Of a stretch of DNA of 64,000 nt, positions 28,968 through 43,172 are shown in pieces. Position 1 is the first letter of the stretch. Each line of letters starts with the position of its first letter. The notes under the pieces were generated by a model that was not told where the DNA came from, did no database searches, and saw only the letters and a program-made list of their open reading frames with translations. The position numbers and the translations under genes are program-made. Source of the DNA: Eledone cirrhosa (lineage: Eukaryota); contig OZ024747.1 in NCBI GenBank assembly GCA_964016885.1, forward strand, positions 46,500,001-46,564,000, in the 5' to 3' direction.

Positions 28968-29029
28968 TGAGTTGAGATGGAGGGTCTGTGGTTTTTCTCA
29001 TATCTCACATCTCATATATATATATAAAT

Positions 29030-29245
29030 AAATGTAAAAAATGAAATTGAAATTTCCTTTCTCACTCTTAGTACGGCAGACACTTAAATATAAGTATGTA
29101 TGTATACGTACATACACATATGTATACAGACGTACAGTAGTATATATATACATACATACATGTACACATATATATATGTACGTATGGGTTTACCGAACAT
29201 TTATTATAATGTTCGGTTTGTTTGTACACAAACAGCCCGAATATA
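29030..29245. mobile_element. Interspersed repeat family G (AT/AC-rich, internal hairpin)
   Basis: gaaatttc..ctctta..acttaaatataagtatgta..ACCGAACAT-ttattata-ATGTTCGGT; copies at 33640-34400, 47945-48100, 61965-62275. Confidence 0.75.
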
Positions 29246-29427
29246 TATATATATATATACCGTAACCAACATTTGTGAAACACTAATAATGTTTGAGAGT
29301 TATCGTATACACTACAAACGTATCATAATGGATACCAGTAAGTGCTATTGAGCGCAAAATCATTTCAATTTGGAACCTCTCTTGGAGACGTATGTAGCTA
29401 CGCTTGTAAATATGTATATGTGTGTGC

Positions 29428-29524
<97 letters not shown>

Positions 29525-29604
29525 CATATATGTATATACATACATATATACATACATGTATACATATATACATATATATACACATATATGTATAAATGTC
29601 TGTA

Positions 29605-29666
<62 letters not shown>

Positions 29667-29708
29667 TATACATACATATATACATATATATATGTATAAG
29701 TGTGTGTA

Positions 29709-29739
<31 letters not shown>

Positions 29740-29766
29740 GCGTGTGTATATATATGTATATATATG

Positions 29767-29820
<54 letters not shown>

Positions 29821-29844
29821 TGTGTACATATATGTATATATATG

Positions 29845-29895
<51 letters not shown>

Positions 29896-31378
29896 GAATA
29901 TAGACACGAGTGTGTGTACGTATTTATATTTGTATGTATTTATGCATAAATGTATGTCTGTAAGTATGTACGTATGTATGAGAATATATACCTATGTATG
30001 TGTGTATGTGTATGTATGTGTATGTGTGTGTATGTATATCTTCTACCATCCAAAGCAATTAATGAACCTTTAGTTTCTTTGTGGTTATGCTTGTCTGATG
30101 ATGTTTCCTGACCATTCTCAATCGAAACTCTTTAAGAAAGTAAATGAGGGACTCTGCTGCACCATTAATGCAGCCATAAAAACACAAAAGCCTCTTAATA
30201 CTGTTGCTGTATTATCCCTGACATTAACCCGACGTTTTCATCAATAACTGCCCAAATAATATATGCCTCATTTTGTTCTTTTAAGTCTTTACCATTCTTC
30301 ATTTATATTTCTGGTTTTGCTTTGGGGGTTTTGCTTCAGTTATTTATGTTTAATTTTATGACCATCATTATTATTATGGCCATGATTACGATTATTATTA
30401 TTATTGTTATTATTATTATTGTTGTTGTTATTGCCATTATTGTTTTTGCTGTTGCTATTATTTTTTATTATTATTATTATTATTATTGTTGTCGTAAAAA
30501 TGTGGTGTATGTGCAGAGTAGTTAGTGTATCGAACAAATTCTTAGTAGTATTTGTTCTGGTCTTTTGTGTTCTCAGATCAAATCCCGCCGATATGAACTT
30601 TGATATTCATTCTTCTGTAGTCGATAAAGTAAAGTACCAGTCAAGTACTAGGACTTCTCCCAAATTGCTGACCTTGTGTCAATTTTAGACATAATTATTA
30701 TTTTCGAAAATGTGAGAATCCCAAACGAAAACAGTAATTGAAAAATGACCACAACCTTCTACTGAGAACTCCGTATCTCTCGCGACTATTGACCACTTTT
30801 TCAGTCTCTAGAGGAAGATTATCCGAATATTTCCTCCTTTAATGTTATTTGTTATCTTTTATATGTAACTCCTCACTGTTTTCGGCCCTAGTGAACAACA
30901 AAGAATTCATTACCATTATTGATGTTGTTTTTAATTGATATTACTGATCTTATTGTTACTATCAGAAACGTACGGATTTTGTAAATTGGTAGAGCATTGG
31001 AATAAATAACTGGTCCTTTTTTTTCTACATACCTAAAATATTTATCTGTTAGAAGTCTCAGGAATGGAAACATCAGAACAACTTTTGCAGGATACGAACC
31101 ACTAAAGTATCAAATGTTTATTCGCTCGCTATTGGCATGGAGAACTGCCTATTACTATTTACCTGTACATATGTATATGAAGAAATGTTTGGTAAGCAGA
31201 TAAAGCAATCAAATAGTTATTTATTTTCATACATTTATTCGCACTTAAATGCGCACATAGGTCACAATCACGTTTACACATACCCAGATACTAATACTTC
31301 CACCATCAACACACACACATATATACATATATTCATATATATGTGTGAGTGTGTGTGTGTGTATTAATGTACACTAAT

Positions 31379-31428
<50 letters not shown>

Positions 31429-31587
31429 GGCGGATGCCAACTCGTTTTCGAGTTGTGTATGTATATATATATATATATATATACATACACACATATATAT
31501 TAATATATAACTCTACAAGGTAAATTGTCTCGTATACATACATATGCATAGATTCATACAGACTGCTACACAAATGCATATAAATAA

Positions 31588-31648
<61 letters not shown>

Positions 31649-31959
31649 TACAGGCACACACACACGAAGACATGCATTTGTACAGTCACATCTTCATCGT
31701 CATCTGAAATAATGGCCGCTGAATTTAAAATCTTTGAGTGCTTCTGTGTTCCAAGTGATAGAGAAATCAACGAGGAATGGAGATGTCAGATAAGTAGTGA
31801 AGTTCTTGTCATCGTCATTGGTGTCTACAGTGTTGTCGTTGCTTTTGTTGTTGTTGTTGTTGTTGCACGTGTATCACTACTATTCAGTTGTTAATGTGTG
31901 CCAGGAGAGTTCGTTTAGAGCAGGATTTAATTTCCTTCGTTGACATTAACGCATCAGCA

Positions 31960-31997
31960 TAATCAGCAACAGCAACAACAGCAGCAATAGCAGTAGT

Positions 31998-32070
<73 letters not shown>

Positions 32071-32093
32071 ACAACAGCAGCAGCAGTAGTAGC

Positions 32094-32151
<58 letters not shown>

Positions 32152-32152
32152 A

Positions 32153-32209
<57 letters not shown>

Positions 32210-32210
32210 C
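31960..32210. repeat. (AGT)n/(AGC)n compound microsatellite
   Basis: Direct reading. Confidence 0.95.
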
Positions 32211-32351
32211 TGGTGTTGATGTTCGTGTTGTTGATGTCTAAATTAATTGCATTGCTTTCTGTGGGTGTTTAGTGAAGAGTTTGTGGAAAACACTTAAACG
32301 TTATAAGAATCACCTGTGAAAAGATAGAGAGGGAGAGAGGAGGGCAGAGAG

Positions 32352-32434
32352 AAGGTGGACATGAGTAGACTGGTTTGGAAGAGGGAAAGAAGTAAGTTAA
32401 TATATAGAGAGAAATAGATAGATAGATAGGTAGG

Positions 32435-32471
<37 letters not shown>

Positions 32472-32580
32472 TAGATAGATAGATAGATAGATAGAACAAG
32501 GTGGACATGAGTAGACTGGTTTGGAAGAGGGAAAGAAGTAAGTTAATATATAGAGAGAAATAGATAGATATATAGGTAGG

Positions 32581-32652
<72 letters not shown>

Positions 32653-32733
32653 ACAAGGTGGACATGAGTAGAATGGTTTGGAAGAGGGAAAGAAGTAAGT
32701 TAATATAGATAGATATGTAGATAGATAGGTAGG

Positions 32734-32829
<96 letters not shown>

Positions 32830-32830
32830 G
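32352..32830. repeat. Composite tandem repeat: three ~145-158 bp units each ending in (GATA)n
   Basis: aaggtggacatgagtaga..gaagtaagttaatata at ~32352, ~32498, ~32655. Confidence 0.9.
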
Positions 32831-33213
32831 AGGGAAAGAAAAAGAGAGAAAGAGAAAAGGAGAGAGATACCAAGAAGGGAAGGCAGAAAGAAAGCAGATA
32901 ACGAAAAAGAGGCTGCATTACAGGATATCTGTGAAGCAGAGAAGTGGAAGTTTTCACGGCAAACTTTAGTAAATATTGTCACTTAAGTTGCAAGGACGGT
33001 AAAACTAATCACAATTAAGTGTAAAACCTTACTTTGTTTAGTTCCTGTTCACTACACATCATTGATTTCGAAGGACGTAGAGAAGTTTGTAGAGAAGCGG
33101 GTGAGTATGTGATCAGATCTTATCTTTCCATGATATTCCCTTGAATGATGGAACCGAGGGCTTACATATAAATTTTCAATTCATCAGCCAAGTTTGTGTT
33201 ATCATAACGTGTA

Positions 33214-33402
33214 GGGGGTGGATTGGCAGAATCGGTAGAGGGTCGGACGCCATGCTTTCCAACATAGTTACGTCCTTTACGGACTGAGTTCAAATCCCGC
33301 CGAGGTTAACTTTGCCTTTCATCCTTACTGGGTCGATAAAATAAAGTACCAGTAATGCACTGGTTAATTGCTGGCCTTGTACCAAAAATAGAAACAGTTA
33401 TT
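33214..33402 (+). mobile_element. SINE family 1, full-length copy
   Basis: A/B boxes; TSD ataacgtgt at 33204-33212 and 33403-33411. Confidence 0.85.
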
Positions 33403-33509
33403 ATAACGTGTGTACAAAACACATTATATACGCATAGGCACATTAATGGAGACACATGCCACTCAGATGTACATCTCCACATCAACATGTGCTCTTATTT
33501 TCTACGACT

Positions 33510-33540
<31 letters not shown>

Positions 33541-33582
33541 TAGAGAGAGACTTATATATATATATATATAGAGAGAGAGAGA

Positions 33583-33637
<55 letters not shown>

Positions 33638-33639
<2 letters not shown>

Positions 33640-34013
33640 AAATGGAAAAGAATGAAACGAAATTTCATTTCTTACTCTTAATACGGCTGATACTTAAATA
33701 TAAGTATGTATACGTACATACATATATGTATACAGACGTACAGTAGTATGTATATATATATACATACATGTACACATATATATATATATATGTACGTATG
33801 GGTTTACCGAACATTTATTATAATATTCGGTTGGTTTGTAAACAAACAAACAGCCCGAATTACGTACATATATATATGTGTGCATGTATGTATGTATATA
33901 CATACTACTGTACGTTTGTATACATATATGTATGTACGTATACATACTTATATTTAGGTATCAGTCGTACTAAGAGTAAGAAATGAAATTTCGTTTCATT
34001 CTTTTCCATTTAT
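33638..34013. mobile_element. Family G foldback copy
   Basis: 33638-~33798 pairs with ~33861-34013. Confidence 0.85.
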
Positions 34014-34398
34014 CGTTTTCGGTGCGCCTGGCCGACTAACTTTCTCTATATGCAAATTAGGCTGCCCAGCCGTTAATATGCATAAGGAAAGTATATACTT
34101 TCAGACGTTCAATCATCTGGCAGGAAGGTATACGATGCTGACGATAGCTAATAAGCTTGAAACTAGTACATCGTTCCTGTGTCAGTGTTGAACAAAAAGG
34201 CGACGATGGTTGCCTGAACACTGTACGGCGTAATTCGGGATGTTTGTTTGTTTACAAACAAACTAAACATTATAATAAATATTCGGTAAACCCATACGTA
34301 CATATATATATATGTGTGCATGTATGTATATATATACATACATACAACTGTAGGTCTGTATACATATATGTATGTACGTTTACATACATACTTACATT

Positions 34399-34534
<136 letters not shown>

Positions 34535-35001
34535 TAAGTATGTATGTATACGTACATACATATATGTATACAGACCTACAGTTGTATGTATGTATATATA
34601 TACATACATGCACACATATATATATCATGAGAGTACGAGTCATCAGTATATTCTGCCAACATAATGAGCACTATTTTAACTGTTGTCATTTTCTGAACCT
34701 CACCAGCCACACCATAAATTAATTTGACAGATGATGCCAAAAATTCTTTGACCAGAGCCTCACAATACAGTCACTTAATGAAATCTCTTTGTCCACTTAG
34801 AGTAGATGGACCTTTAAAATGTATGTGTGTCAACATGTATGTGAGTCTATAGTTATTTACGAGAGAATATGAACCTTGCCTTATATCTGTGACATTGTAT
34901 TAATTGTATATTTCTAAAAATAGATTTTTCAATAAATCCGCTTGTTAAATCCCCTCAGCCAATGTCCTCTACCCATGCTAATGATCACCACCTTCCCCAA
35001 C

Positions 35002-38000
35002 CAGACTCAGACTCAGAAGCTCCCGCGTCTTGCGACGCATGAGGCAATCATAGTGTTCCATCGCGTTCGGTCAGCAGCCACTTGCACAGCGTCCCGCCAT
35101 TGTCTGTTTGTCGCTCGCAGGTCCCTCTCAACTGTCTGGCGCCAGTTCATTTTGGGTCGCCCTCTTCGTCTGCTTCCCTGCGGGCTCCATTTAAGTACTT
35201 GTTTCGCCAGTCTCTCCGGGGGAAGTCTCAAAGCGTGTCCAAACCAGCCCAGGCGTCGCTTGCAGATGGTAGAAGAGACTAGCTGCTGGTTGGTGCGGTT
35301 CCTGACTTCCTGGTTTGTTACATGGTCAGTCCATTTAATCCCCAGGATCTTTCGCAGACACCTGGAATCGAATGCGTCCAACTTCTTCTCTTGGCTGGTC
35401 TTAAGGTGCCATGTTTCACTTCCGTACAAGAGTGTGGACAGCACGTTGCTGTTGTAGAATCTCATCTTTGTTTTGAGGGTGAACTTCCTGCTCTTCCAGA
35501 TCTTGTCAAGCTGGTTAAATGCTGCTGAAGCCTTTCCCATTCTACATTGCAGTTCACTCTCCATGTAGCCCTCATTGTTAATGGAGCTTCCTAGGTAGGT
35601 GAAGTTGTCCACTATCTCCACCCACCCAGCCCCCTGTTCAATGAAGACACTGGTTGGTGGTAGGTGTGTCCCAGATAACCTGATTTTGGTCTTCTTGGCA
35701 CTAATATTGAGACCTAAGCTTCCTGCTTCGACATTTATATTGTTCACAATGATTTGCAGGTCAGTTGTGCTCTCTGCAAATGCAGCAATATCGTCCACAA
35801 ACTCCAGGTCAGACAACTTTTGTTCTCCCACCCAAGATATACCCTGGTCTTTAGACGCTCTTCTTAGTACCCAGTCAATGGCTATGGCAAAGAGAATTGG
35901 AGAGCGAGCAACCTTGACGCACACCAGTAACCACCTCAAACCAGTCACTGTAACCATCATCTGTCCGTATGCAGCACTTGGAGTTTTCGTAAATCTGTTT
36001 AAGTGCCGAAATGACTTTCTGGAGCAGACCATATTCATGCATGATGCTCCAGAGCGACGGTCGATGAATGCTATCGAATGCTTTGGAGAAATCGATGAAG
36101 CTGATGGCGAGGGGCCTCTGGAATTCGTTGTACCTGTCAATGATGCGTCGTAGCGTAAAGATCTGCTTTGCACAGGAACGTTTTGGTCGGAAACCTGCCT
36201 GTTGTTCTCGCAGTTCCTGGTCTACCATCCCACGCATGCGGTTCAGGATCACTAGACAATAGACCTTCCCTGGTATGGAAATAAGTATCACTCCCCTCCA
36301 GTTGTCACGATCAGCAAGGTTGCCCTTCTTGGGGATACAGACAACCGCCTCCATTTCTCCAGTCTTCTGGGACTTCACCCGTGTTCAACACAAGATTACA
36401 TAAGTGGCCCATCCACTTGACCATGCTTTCGCCTCCTGACTTCAGCATTTCAGCAGAAATGCCATCCATACCTGGTGACTTGTTATTCTTAAGGGTTGTG
36501 ATGTCCATGCGGACTTCCTTCTCGGTGAAGTCATCAGTACTAGTAGGTTCCTTAGTGCCTGCTGGCATACGTGGCTCCGGTCGGTTGAGGACTTCCTTGA
36601 AATGTTCAGCCTATCTGACTAACTGTTCTTCACTCTTGGAAAGCAGCGTACCATCTTTCGCTTTCACCGGGCCTGAGTTAGCTCTAGAGCTGCCGGTGAT
36701 TTTCTTGGCAATTTGGTACACAGAGCGCATGTCATTGCGTGCCACAGCTGCTTCTGCCTCCTCTGCCTTACTCTCAAGCCACATTCGTTTGTCCTTTTGG
36801 GAGCTGCGTTTCACCTCCTTGTCCTTCTCAACATACTGCTGATATACTTTGATGGCCTCTGGGGTAGTGGCATGCCTCTGCTGGTGTAGGGCTTTCCTTT
36901 CATTAATCAGCTGCCAGGTGTTGTCGCTGACGCAAGCATCTCTGAGGGACTTCCTTTAGCCCAGGATTTCTTCCCCTGCAGCTTCCATGGTCTTCTTCAT
37001 TTCCTCCCACCAATTGACCGAGCCTGGTGCAGACTCCTCAAGGACAGCAAATCTGTTCCTCAGAGCAGCCTCGAACTGTGCTTCTGTGTCACCGTTATTC
37101 AGCTTGGTAGTGTCAAAACGCCTTGTAGCGGGTGCTTTCTTCTTCTGCTTCCTCAGTCTGATTTTAAGTTTGGTAACAGATAGATAGTGGTCGCTGCAGA
37201 CGTCAGCGCCTCGGTAGACTCGGACGTCTTGCGGGCAAGGAGTTCTCCATCTTGGGCCAATTGCAATGTGGTCTATTTGCGTCTTGGTCCTGTGGTCGTT
37301 CGAAGCCCATGTGACCTTGTGGATGTTCTTGTGGTCAAATAGTGACGAGCCGATGTTCATATTGTTCATGGCACAGAACTGGACAAACCTGTCTCCATTG
37401 TCCGTGCGGTTTCCATAAGCATGGGGGACAAGGACATGTTCAAAGCCAACCCTGCTTCCTCCGATCTGTGCGTTCATGTCTCCCATGATGATCAGGATGT
37501 CATGACGTGGGGTTTTGTTGACAACATCTTGCAGTTGCTGGTAGAAAGCGTCCTTGTCATCGTCGTTATGTTCGTTGGTTGGAGCATAGCACTGAGCTAT
37601 GGTGACCTTTGCATGTGATGTGGTGAATCTTGCTGTCATTAGGCGTTCGTTGATAGGAGTCCACTCCTCAAGGGCACCACTGGCAGCCCTGTCCATGATG
37701 ATTGCAACTCCATCTCGGTGGGTCCCGTCTGACGGCCAGAGAACAAGATGGCCTTGTTTTCATGGACAAACTTCCCAGAGTCAGTCCAGCGGACCTCGCT
37801 GAGGCCCAGGATGTTAATTTTGTAGGCCTCCATTTCTCCGATAACTTGCGCAAGTTTGGATGGTTGGTACAGAGTTCTTATGTTCCAATATCCAATACGT
37901 GTGGGTTGTTTTTTGCAGACAGAATTCTGGTCCTAAGTATGTCGGCTTCCACATCGAGACTTTCGCCGACACCCGTCACACAATCTCCGGTTAGAGACAA

Positions 38001-38460
38001 CCGTTCTCCTGACTGCTTGGAATTTGAATCTGATGCAGTATGAATTGTTTTCGTAGCAGGAGAGTTTTTCCGGGAACAGGTCGCTGACCTGAAGCCCAAC
38101 CACTGACATTTAGTAAAGAGATAGTAAGTGGAGTAGTCTCTGGTAGAACTGATAACCGATGGCCACGGAATATGGCGTGGGTCGCCTTCAGTCCTGGACC
38201 GGTGCCGAGGGAGGATGTCCTTCTGCTTTAACCAGTGGCTTCCTTGTTGAAGCTCATACGCCTAGTGGTGCCGTGCCAACACCACCCCCTCACGTGGTTC
38301 AGTCCACCAGCTGAAGCGGTGTGCCGGGGCATGGCGCTTGGAGCCACACGTGAGAGATTTAGGGAATGGATGGGGGCCGGTGATGACTGACCACCCTACC
38401 AGTTAGGGTGCAGCTGTCAACCTTCAAGGGTACTACCCCTGTCCAAGCCCCCTATGCCCA
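35002..38460 (-). mobile_element. RTE-clade LINE, near full length, disrupted (APE endonuclease + RT)
   Basis: EN motifs LGLSEVRW, QCYAPT, GDMNA, QIDHI, SDH; RT motifs NKSPGMDGI, NWRGV, QAGFR, FIDFSKAFDS, GVRQGC, LEFVDD, FTYLGS, RRRGRP; split over at least 6 ORFs by frameshifts/stops; 3' tail (TCTGAG)n; 5' limit approximate. Confidence 0.95.
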
Positions 38461-38472
38461 TATAAATACCAC

Positions 38473-38648
38473 CTTTTCTACTTTTGGCACAAAGCCAGCA
38501 ATTATCCCAGTGCAGTACTGGTATTTTATTATCCTCGTAAGGATGAAAAGCAAAGTTAACCTCGGCGGGATTTGAACTCAGAACGTAAAGGGACGTAACT
38601 CAATGCTACAAAGAATGCGCCTCCGGCCCTCTACCGATACTGCCAATG
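38473..38648 (-). mobile_element. SINE family 1 copy
   Basis: Matches family body and B box. Confidence 0.8.
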
Positions 38649-38744
38649 CCAGTTGGCTTTCCTGGTGATTTCCTTCGAATGAAACAGTTCTAGTCCTGTA
38701 GAAGCTATTTCTATATTAAATCTGTTTTATGCAATAAACTCTAC

Positions 38745-38901
<157 letters not shown>

Positions 38902-39169
38902 GTGTGTGTTTATATATGTGCACAGGCAGTTTGCTCGGCGTTGCATAGCTTGATAAGTAGCTCTAAATATACTACGATTATGTATAACAGTGGCGTATTC
39001 TGTTAATAAAACAATATTAATTTTCCAGAAAATTTACTTTTCCATCATGTGAGTATGAATAGCATATTTCATGGTTTATATTATGACGATTTATGCCTTT
39101 TAAATACGAAGACCAGCAAAAAGTAGAAGAGAAAACACTTGCTGGGGGATAGAGAAAGATACTTGCCGG

Positions 39170-41272
39170 CGTGCTGTGAATCAGTTCCGTTTCCACCAGC
39201 ATTCTCGTCGCTCTAACATCACGCGAACTGAGCTCTCCGCTCTTCGCAACCTTCGGTGTCGCGAGGATATTGTCATCAAACCCGCTGACAAAAGTGGCAC
39301 TGTGGTGGTTTGGAGCACTGACCTCTATAGGGCTGAGGTTCTCCGCCAGTTTCACAATACACTTTTTACCGCCCTTTATCCTCCTGGCTACCAACAACTC
39401 GTGTCCTCCGCCATCCACGAGCTCATCTCCTCCTCTCCCCCCTCCCCCCACACACACAGCCACCAACCTTATTATACGCACCTCTCGTACACTCCCCATC
39501 TACTTCCTGAAACAAAATAATCCTGGGCGTCCTATCGTTTCTGCGTGCAACTGCCAAACCGAGGTAATTTCTGAATACTTAGACACCACCCTCGCCCCGT
39601 TGGTCAGCAATCTCCCCTCCCATATCCACGATACAAATCATGCCCTTAGACTCTTCAACTCTTTCTCCTTCCCTCCTGGTCCCTCTCGCCTTTTCTTTAC
39701 CCTAGGCATCACCTCTCTCTATACCGTCATCCCTCATGATGACGGCCTCCGCGTTCTCCATCATTTTTTAGACATACGCCCTTACCCCAGCACCACAACT
39801 CATCTCCGTTTGGCTGAGCTTGTTCTCACCCTCAATCGATTTTATTTTTCGGGTGAATTCAATCAGCAGGTCTGTGGGTAGCGATGGGAACCAGAATGGG
39901 CCCAAACTATGCCAACTTGTTTGTTGGCTACTTCGAAGCCCAGATCTTCTCCCAGTACGCTGGACTGACTCCTGAGCTATACAGTCGTTATATCGACGAC
40001 TGTATCGGTGCCACTTCTCTATCACGAGAACAGCTCGACTGTTTTCTTTCTTTTGTCCAATCTTTCCATCTTGCTCTCAATTTCACCGCCTCCGTCTCCG
40101 ATTCTTCTGTCGCTTTTCTAGATATCTCTCTATCTATTAATCACTCTCACCACACCCTCTCTACTTCCACCTTCATTAAACCAACAGACTCCCAATCTTA
40201 CCTCGACTTCAGCTCCTCCCATCCAACCCACATCAAACACTCCATATCCTATTCCCAATTCCTCTGTCTTCGTTGGCTCTGTAGCCAGGACGACGATTTC
40301 GAAACCCATTCCCTTCGCATGGCTTCCTGCTTCATCCAGCGTGAATATCCCCCCACCCTGATCCAAGCTGCTCTCAACCGCGCTCGTGAAACAGACCGCA
40401 CCACAGCCCTCTTACCTCACCGCCGCCCTCCTAACACCGGCGTTTCTTTCCCTGTCACCCACCACCCCATCACCCTACCACTCCGGTGACATTCCCTCCG
40501 TTTCTTCCGCATCCTCTCTTCTGACCCCGTCACTTCTCCCATTTTTCGAAACCCATCCATTACCGCAACCTCCACGACCTCCTGGTTCGCAGTTTCTTCT
40601 CGTTTTCTCCCACGACTCCACCCGGCTCTCATCCTTGTTCCAGTTCCAGATGCAACACTTGTCCCTTCATTTCCACTCTCACTACTCTTACAAGCCCTAA
40701 CGGTCTTTCCGTATCCGCCACTCTTTTACCTACACATCCACCCACGTTTTCTATTCCCTTTGCGGGTCTTTATGCATCGGACAAACGGGACGCGCCGTAT
40801 GGCGGACCGTTTTGCCGAGCATTTGAGGGACATACGACTCGGTTTGGATACTCCTATCGCCCGTCATTTCTGTTCTCCTGGTAATTCTTCCCTACATGTT
40901 TCAGTCCTGGGTGTCCTTTTACATCATGGATCACAGGCCTCGCACACCAGGACTGAACAAAGTCTGATTCACCGCCTTGGGTCCTATTCCTCTCTTGGAC
41001 TCAACTCACCTCCCCAATTTCTCTAATACCCCGTCCATTATCAAACCCCTAGATTCCTACCGCTTTCTCTTGATCATTAACATCTTCTCTTACAACTAAT
41101 ACAGGCCGACTATTTATGCTCACTCCACTTCACTGCTCTGTATACACACATACACACGCTTATATTAACATACTTTTGCTCATAGCTTCGTACTTACATG
41201 CACACACACTCTTTTACTCACATATACACGCCCATTTTTTCTTAGATTCGTAATGACGTATAATAACACACA

Positions 41273-41370
<98 letters not shown>

Positions 41371-41716
41371 CTTACTCACGTGCAGAAGTATAGCTCTTTT
41401 CAAAAAACGTTTTTTTTTCCATTTCCGGTAGACGGTCTCCATCATCCACTTTTCTAAAACAATAAATCATGTACAAAACGCCAGCACCAACAGATTTACA
41501 AGAGATGTCAACATGAATGGACCTGTTATTTTTATCTAAAGACATTTTTTCCAATTCCATCCCGCCCGTCCCCTCAATCTATCTTATTTATCATTATTTC
41601 TTCTGATGAAGGACTAGCGTCCGAAACGTTAAGACCCTCTTCCTGCTATATCAAGCGTTAACCTAATATATCCCTTCCATATACCGTACCGATTGTGTTG
41701 TTATTCCTGTTTACCT

Positions 41717-41720
<4 letters not shown>
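39170..41720 (+). mobile_element. Penelope-like element, disrupted RT + GIY-YIG region, probably with 3' pLTR
   Basis: IKPADKSG, PGRPIVS, ITSLYTVIPH, MGTRMGPNYANLF, RYIDD, FLDI, KPTDS..SSHP, RFAEHLRDI, EQSLIHRLG..GLN in shifting frames; hammerhead-bearing segment 41370-41720 follows a (CA)n tract (linkage inferred). Confidence 0.9.
41599..41634 (+). ncRNA. Minimal type I hammerhead (palindromic stem III AACGTT)
   Basis: TCTT-CTGATGA-A-GGAC-tagc-GTCC-GAAAC-GTT-AAGA, identical to 26011-26046. Confidence 0.85.
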
Positions 41721-41748
<28 letters not shown>

Positions 41749-41987
41749 CATATGTGTGTGTGTGTGTGTGTGTATGTGTGTATATATCGACAGTCGATCG
41801 ACTTTCGTCAAATCGGACCGGAGAATGCTTTGTGTTATTCGTTCCGGCTATCTGCTCTCTGAGTTCACATTCCATCGAGGTCAACTTCGCCTATTTTTTT
41901 TTTTTTTGAGGTTGATAAAAAAAAATACTAGACAAGTACTGAGTCGATTCTTCCTCTAAATTGATTTATCATTCCTCTCTCTCTCTC

Positions 41988-42049
<62 letters not shown>

Positions 42050-42199
42050 ACACACACTCTCTCTCTCTTTCTCTTTCTCTCTCTCACTCTCTCTCTCACT
42101 CGCTCTCTCTCTTTCTGGAAGAAATGTGCTGTATTCAAACCTAGAGAGAGTTCTGCCAGGTTTTTTTTTATAAAATGCTGTAGAAATGTCGTATTCAAT

Positions 42200-42460
42200 A
42201 TGGCGCCCCTACGACGCCCTCAGGTTTTACGAGATCATGTATTCCTTCTGTGAAAATTAAATATACATTAGGTTCAACATAGAACATGCCTCCGATTCCC
42301 GATCCCTCGCTCTTCTCGACTTCAGAGTGGGCATCAGTGAAAACGGCAAAATCAACATCAATTTCTACCTCAAATCGGCTTGCAGGGATCTTTTCGTCCC
42401 CGATAAATCGGCCTTCCCTAACAGAGGGAACATTAACATTTTCAAGATATATTGTAAAAT
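42200..42460 (+). pseudogene. Fragment of a second PLE reverse transcriptase (thumb region)
   Basis: IRFNIEHASDSRSLALLDFRVGISENGKININFYLKS..LFVPDKSAFP resembles the PLE I.FT.E..FLD..Y.K segment. Confidence 0.6.
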
Positions 42461-42797
42461 GATTTCTTCCGCCTTCCGATCTATACAACTTTGCTTTGCC
42501 CCACCACACACAATTTGTAACTCCTCCTTTCCATGTATCCGTTTATTATATATAGGTAGGGGGGACCTAGTTGCAAATAAAGAAACAAATTATTAGTAGT
42601 TTTAGTGGCCACAAGGGCTTATGACGTTGGGGACAATAACCAATCTAATTATATACATTTGACCTGAAGCAGTGTGTTTAATTTACTGAAAATCTCAGTG
42701 GCTTTTCGAGACTTGACACATTAACCAATGATAATTGGCTTGCTCGTTCTCAAACCACACACTAGTTGTTATCAAATGAATACAATGTTATATTACC

Positions 42798-42860
42798 ATG
42801 CTGCTGCTGCTGCTACTACTACTACTACTACTACTAGTACTTCCTCTTCTTCTTCTTCTT

Positions 42861-42914
<54 letters not shown>

Positions 42915-42944
42915 TTACTACTGCTATTGCTGCTGTTTCTACTG

Positions 42945-42977
<33 letters not shown>

Positions 42978-43019
42978 TTACTTCCTCTTCTTCTACTACT
43001 ACTACTACTACTACTACTG

Positions 43020-43065
<46 letters not shown>

Positions 43066-43073
43066 TGCTGCTG

Positions 43074-43172
<99 letters not shown>
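42798..43172. repeat. (CTA)n compound microsatellite
   Basis: Direct reading; source of poly-T and poly-L ORFs. Confidence 0.95.

Noticed and set aside
29342-30073. Numerous ORFs rich in YI, CV, HT, SL or ER dipeptides here and across the window
   Set aside because: Translations of (TA)n, (TG)n and (GA)n tracts, which lack stop codons
31685-31800. Possible host exon (VTSSSSSEIMAAEFKIFECFCVPSDRE..)
   Set aside because: No recognisable domain or partner exons; needs RNA-seq. Small host exons elsewhere cannot be excluded
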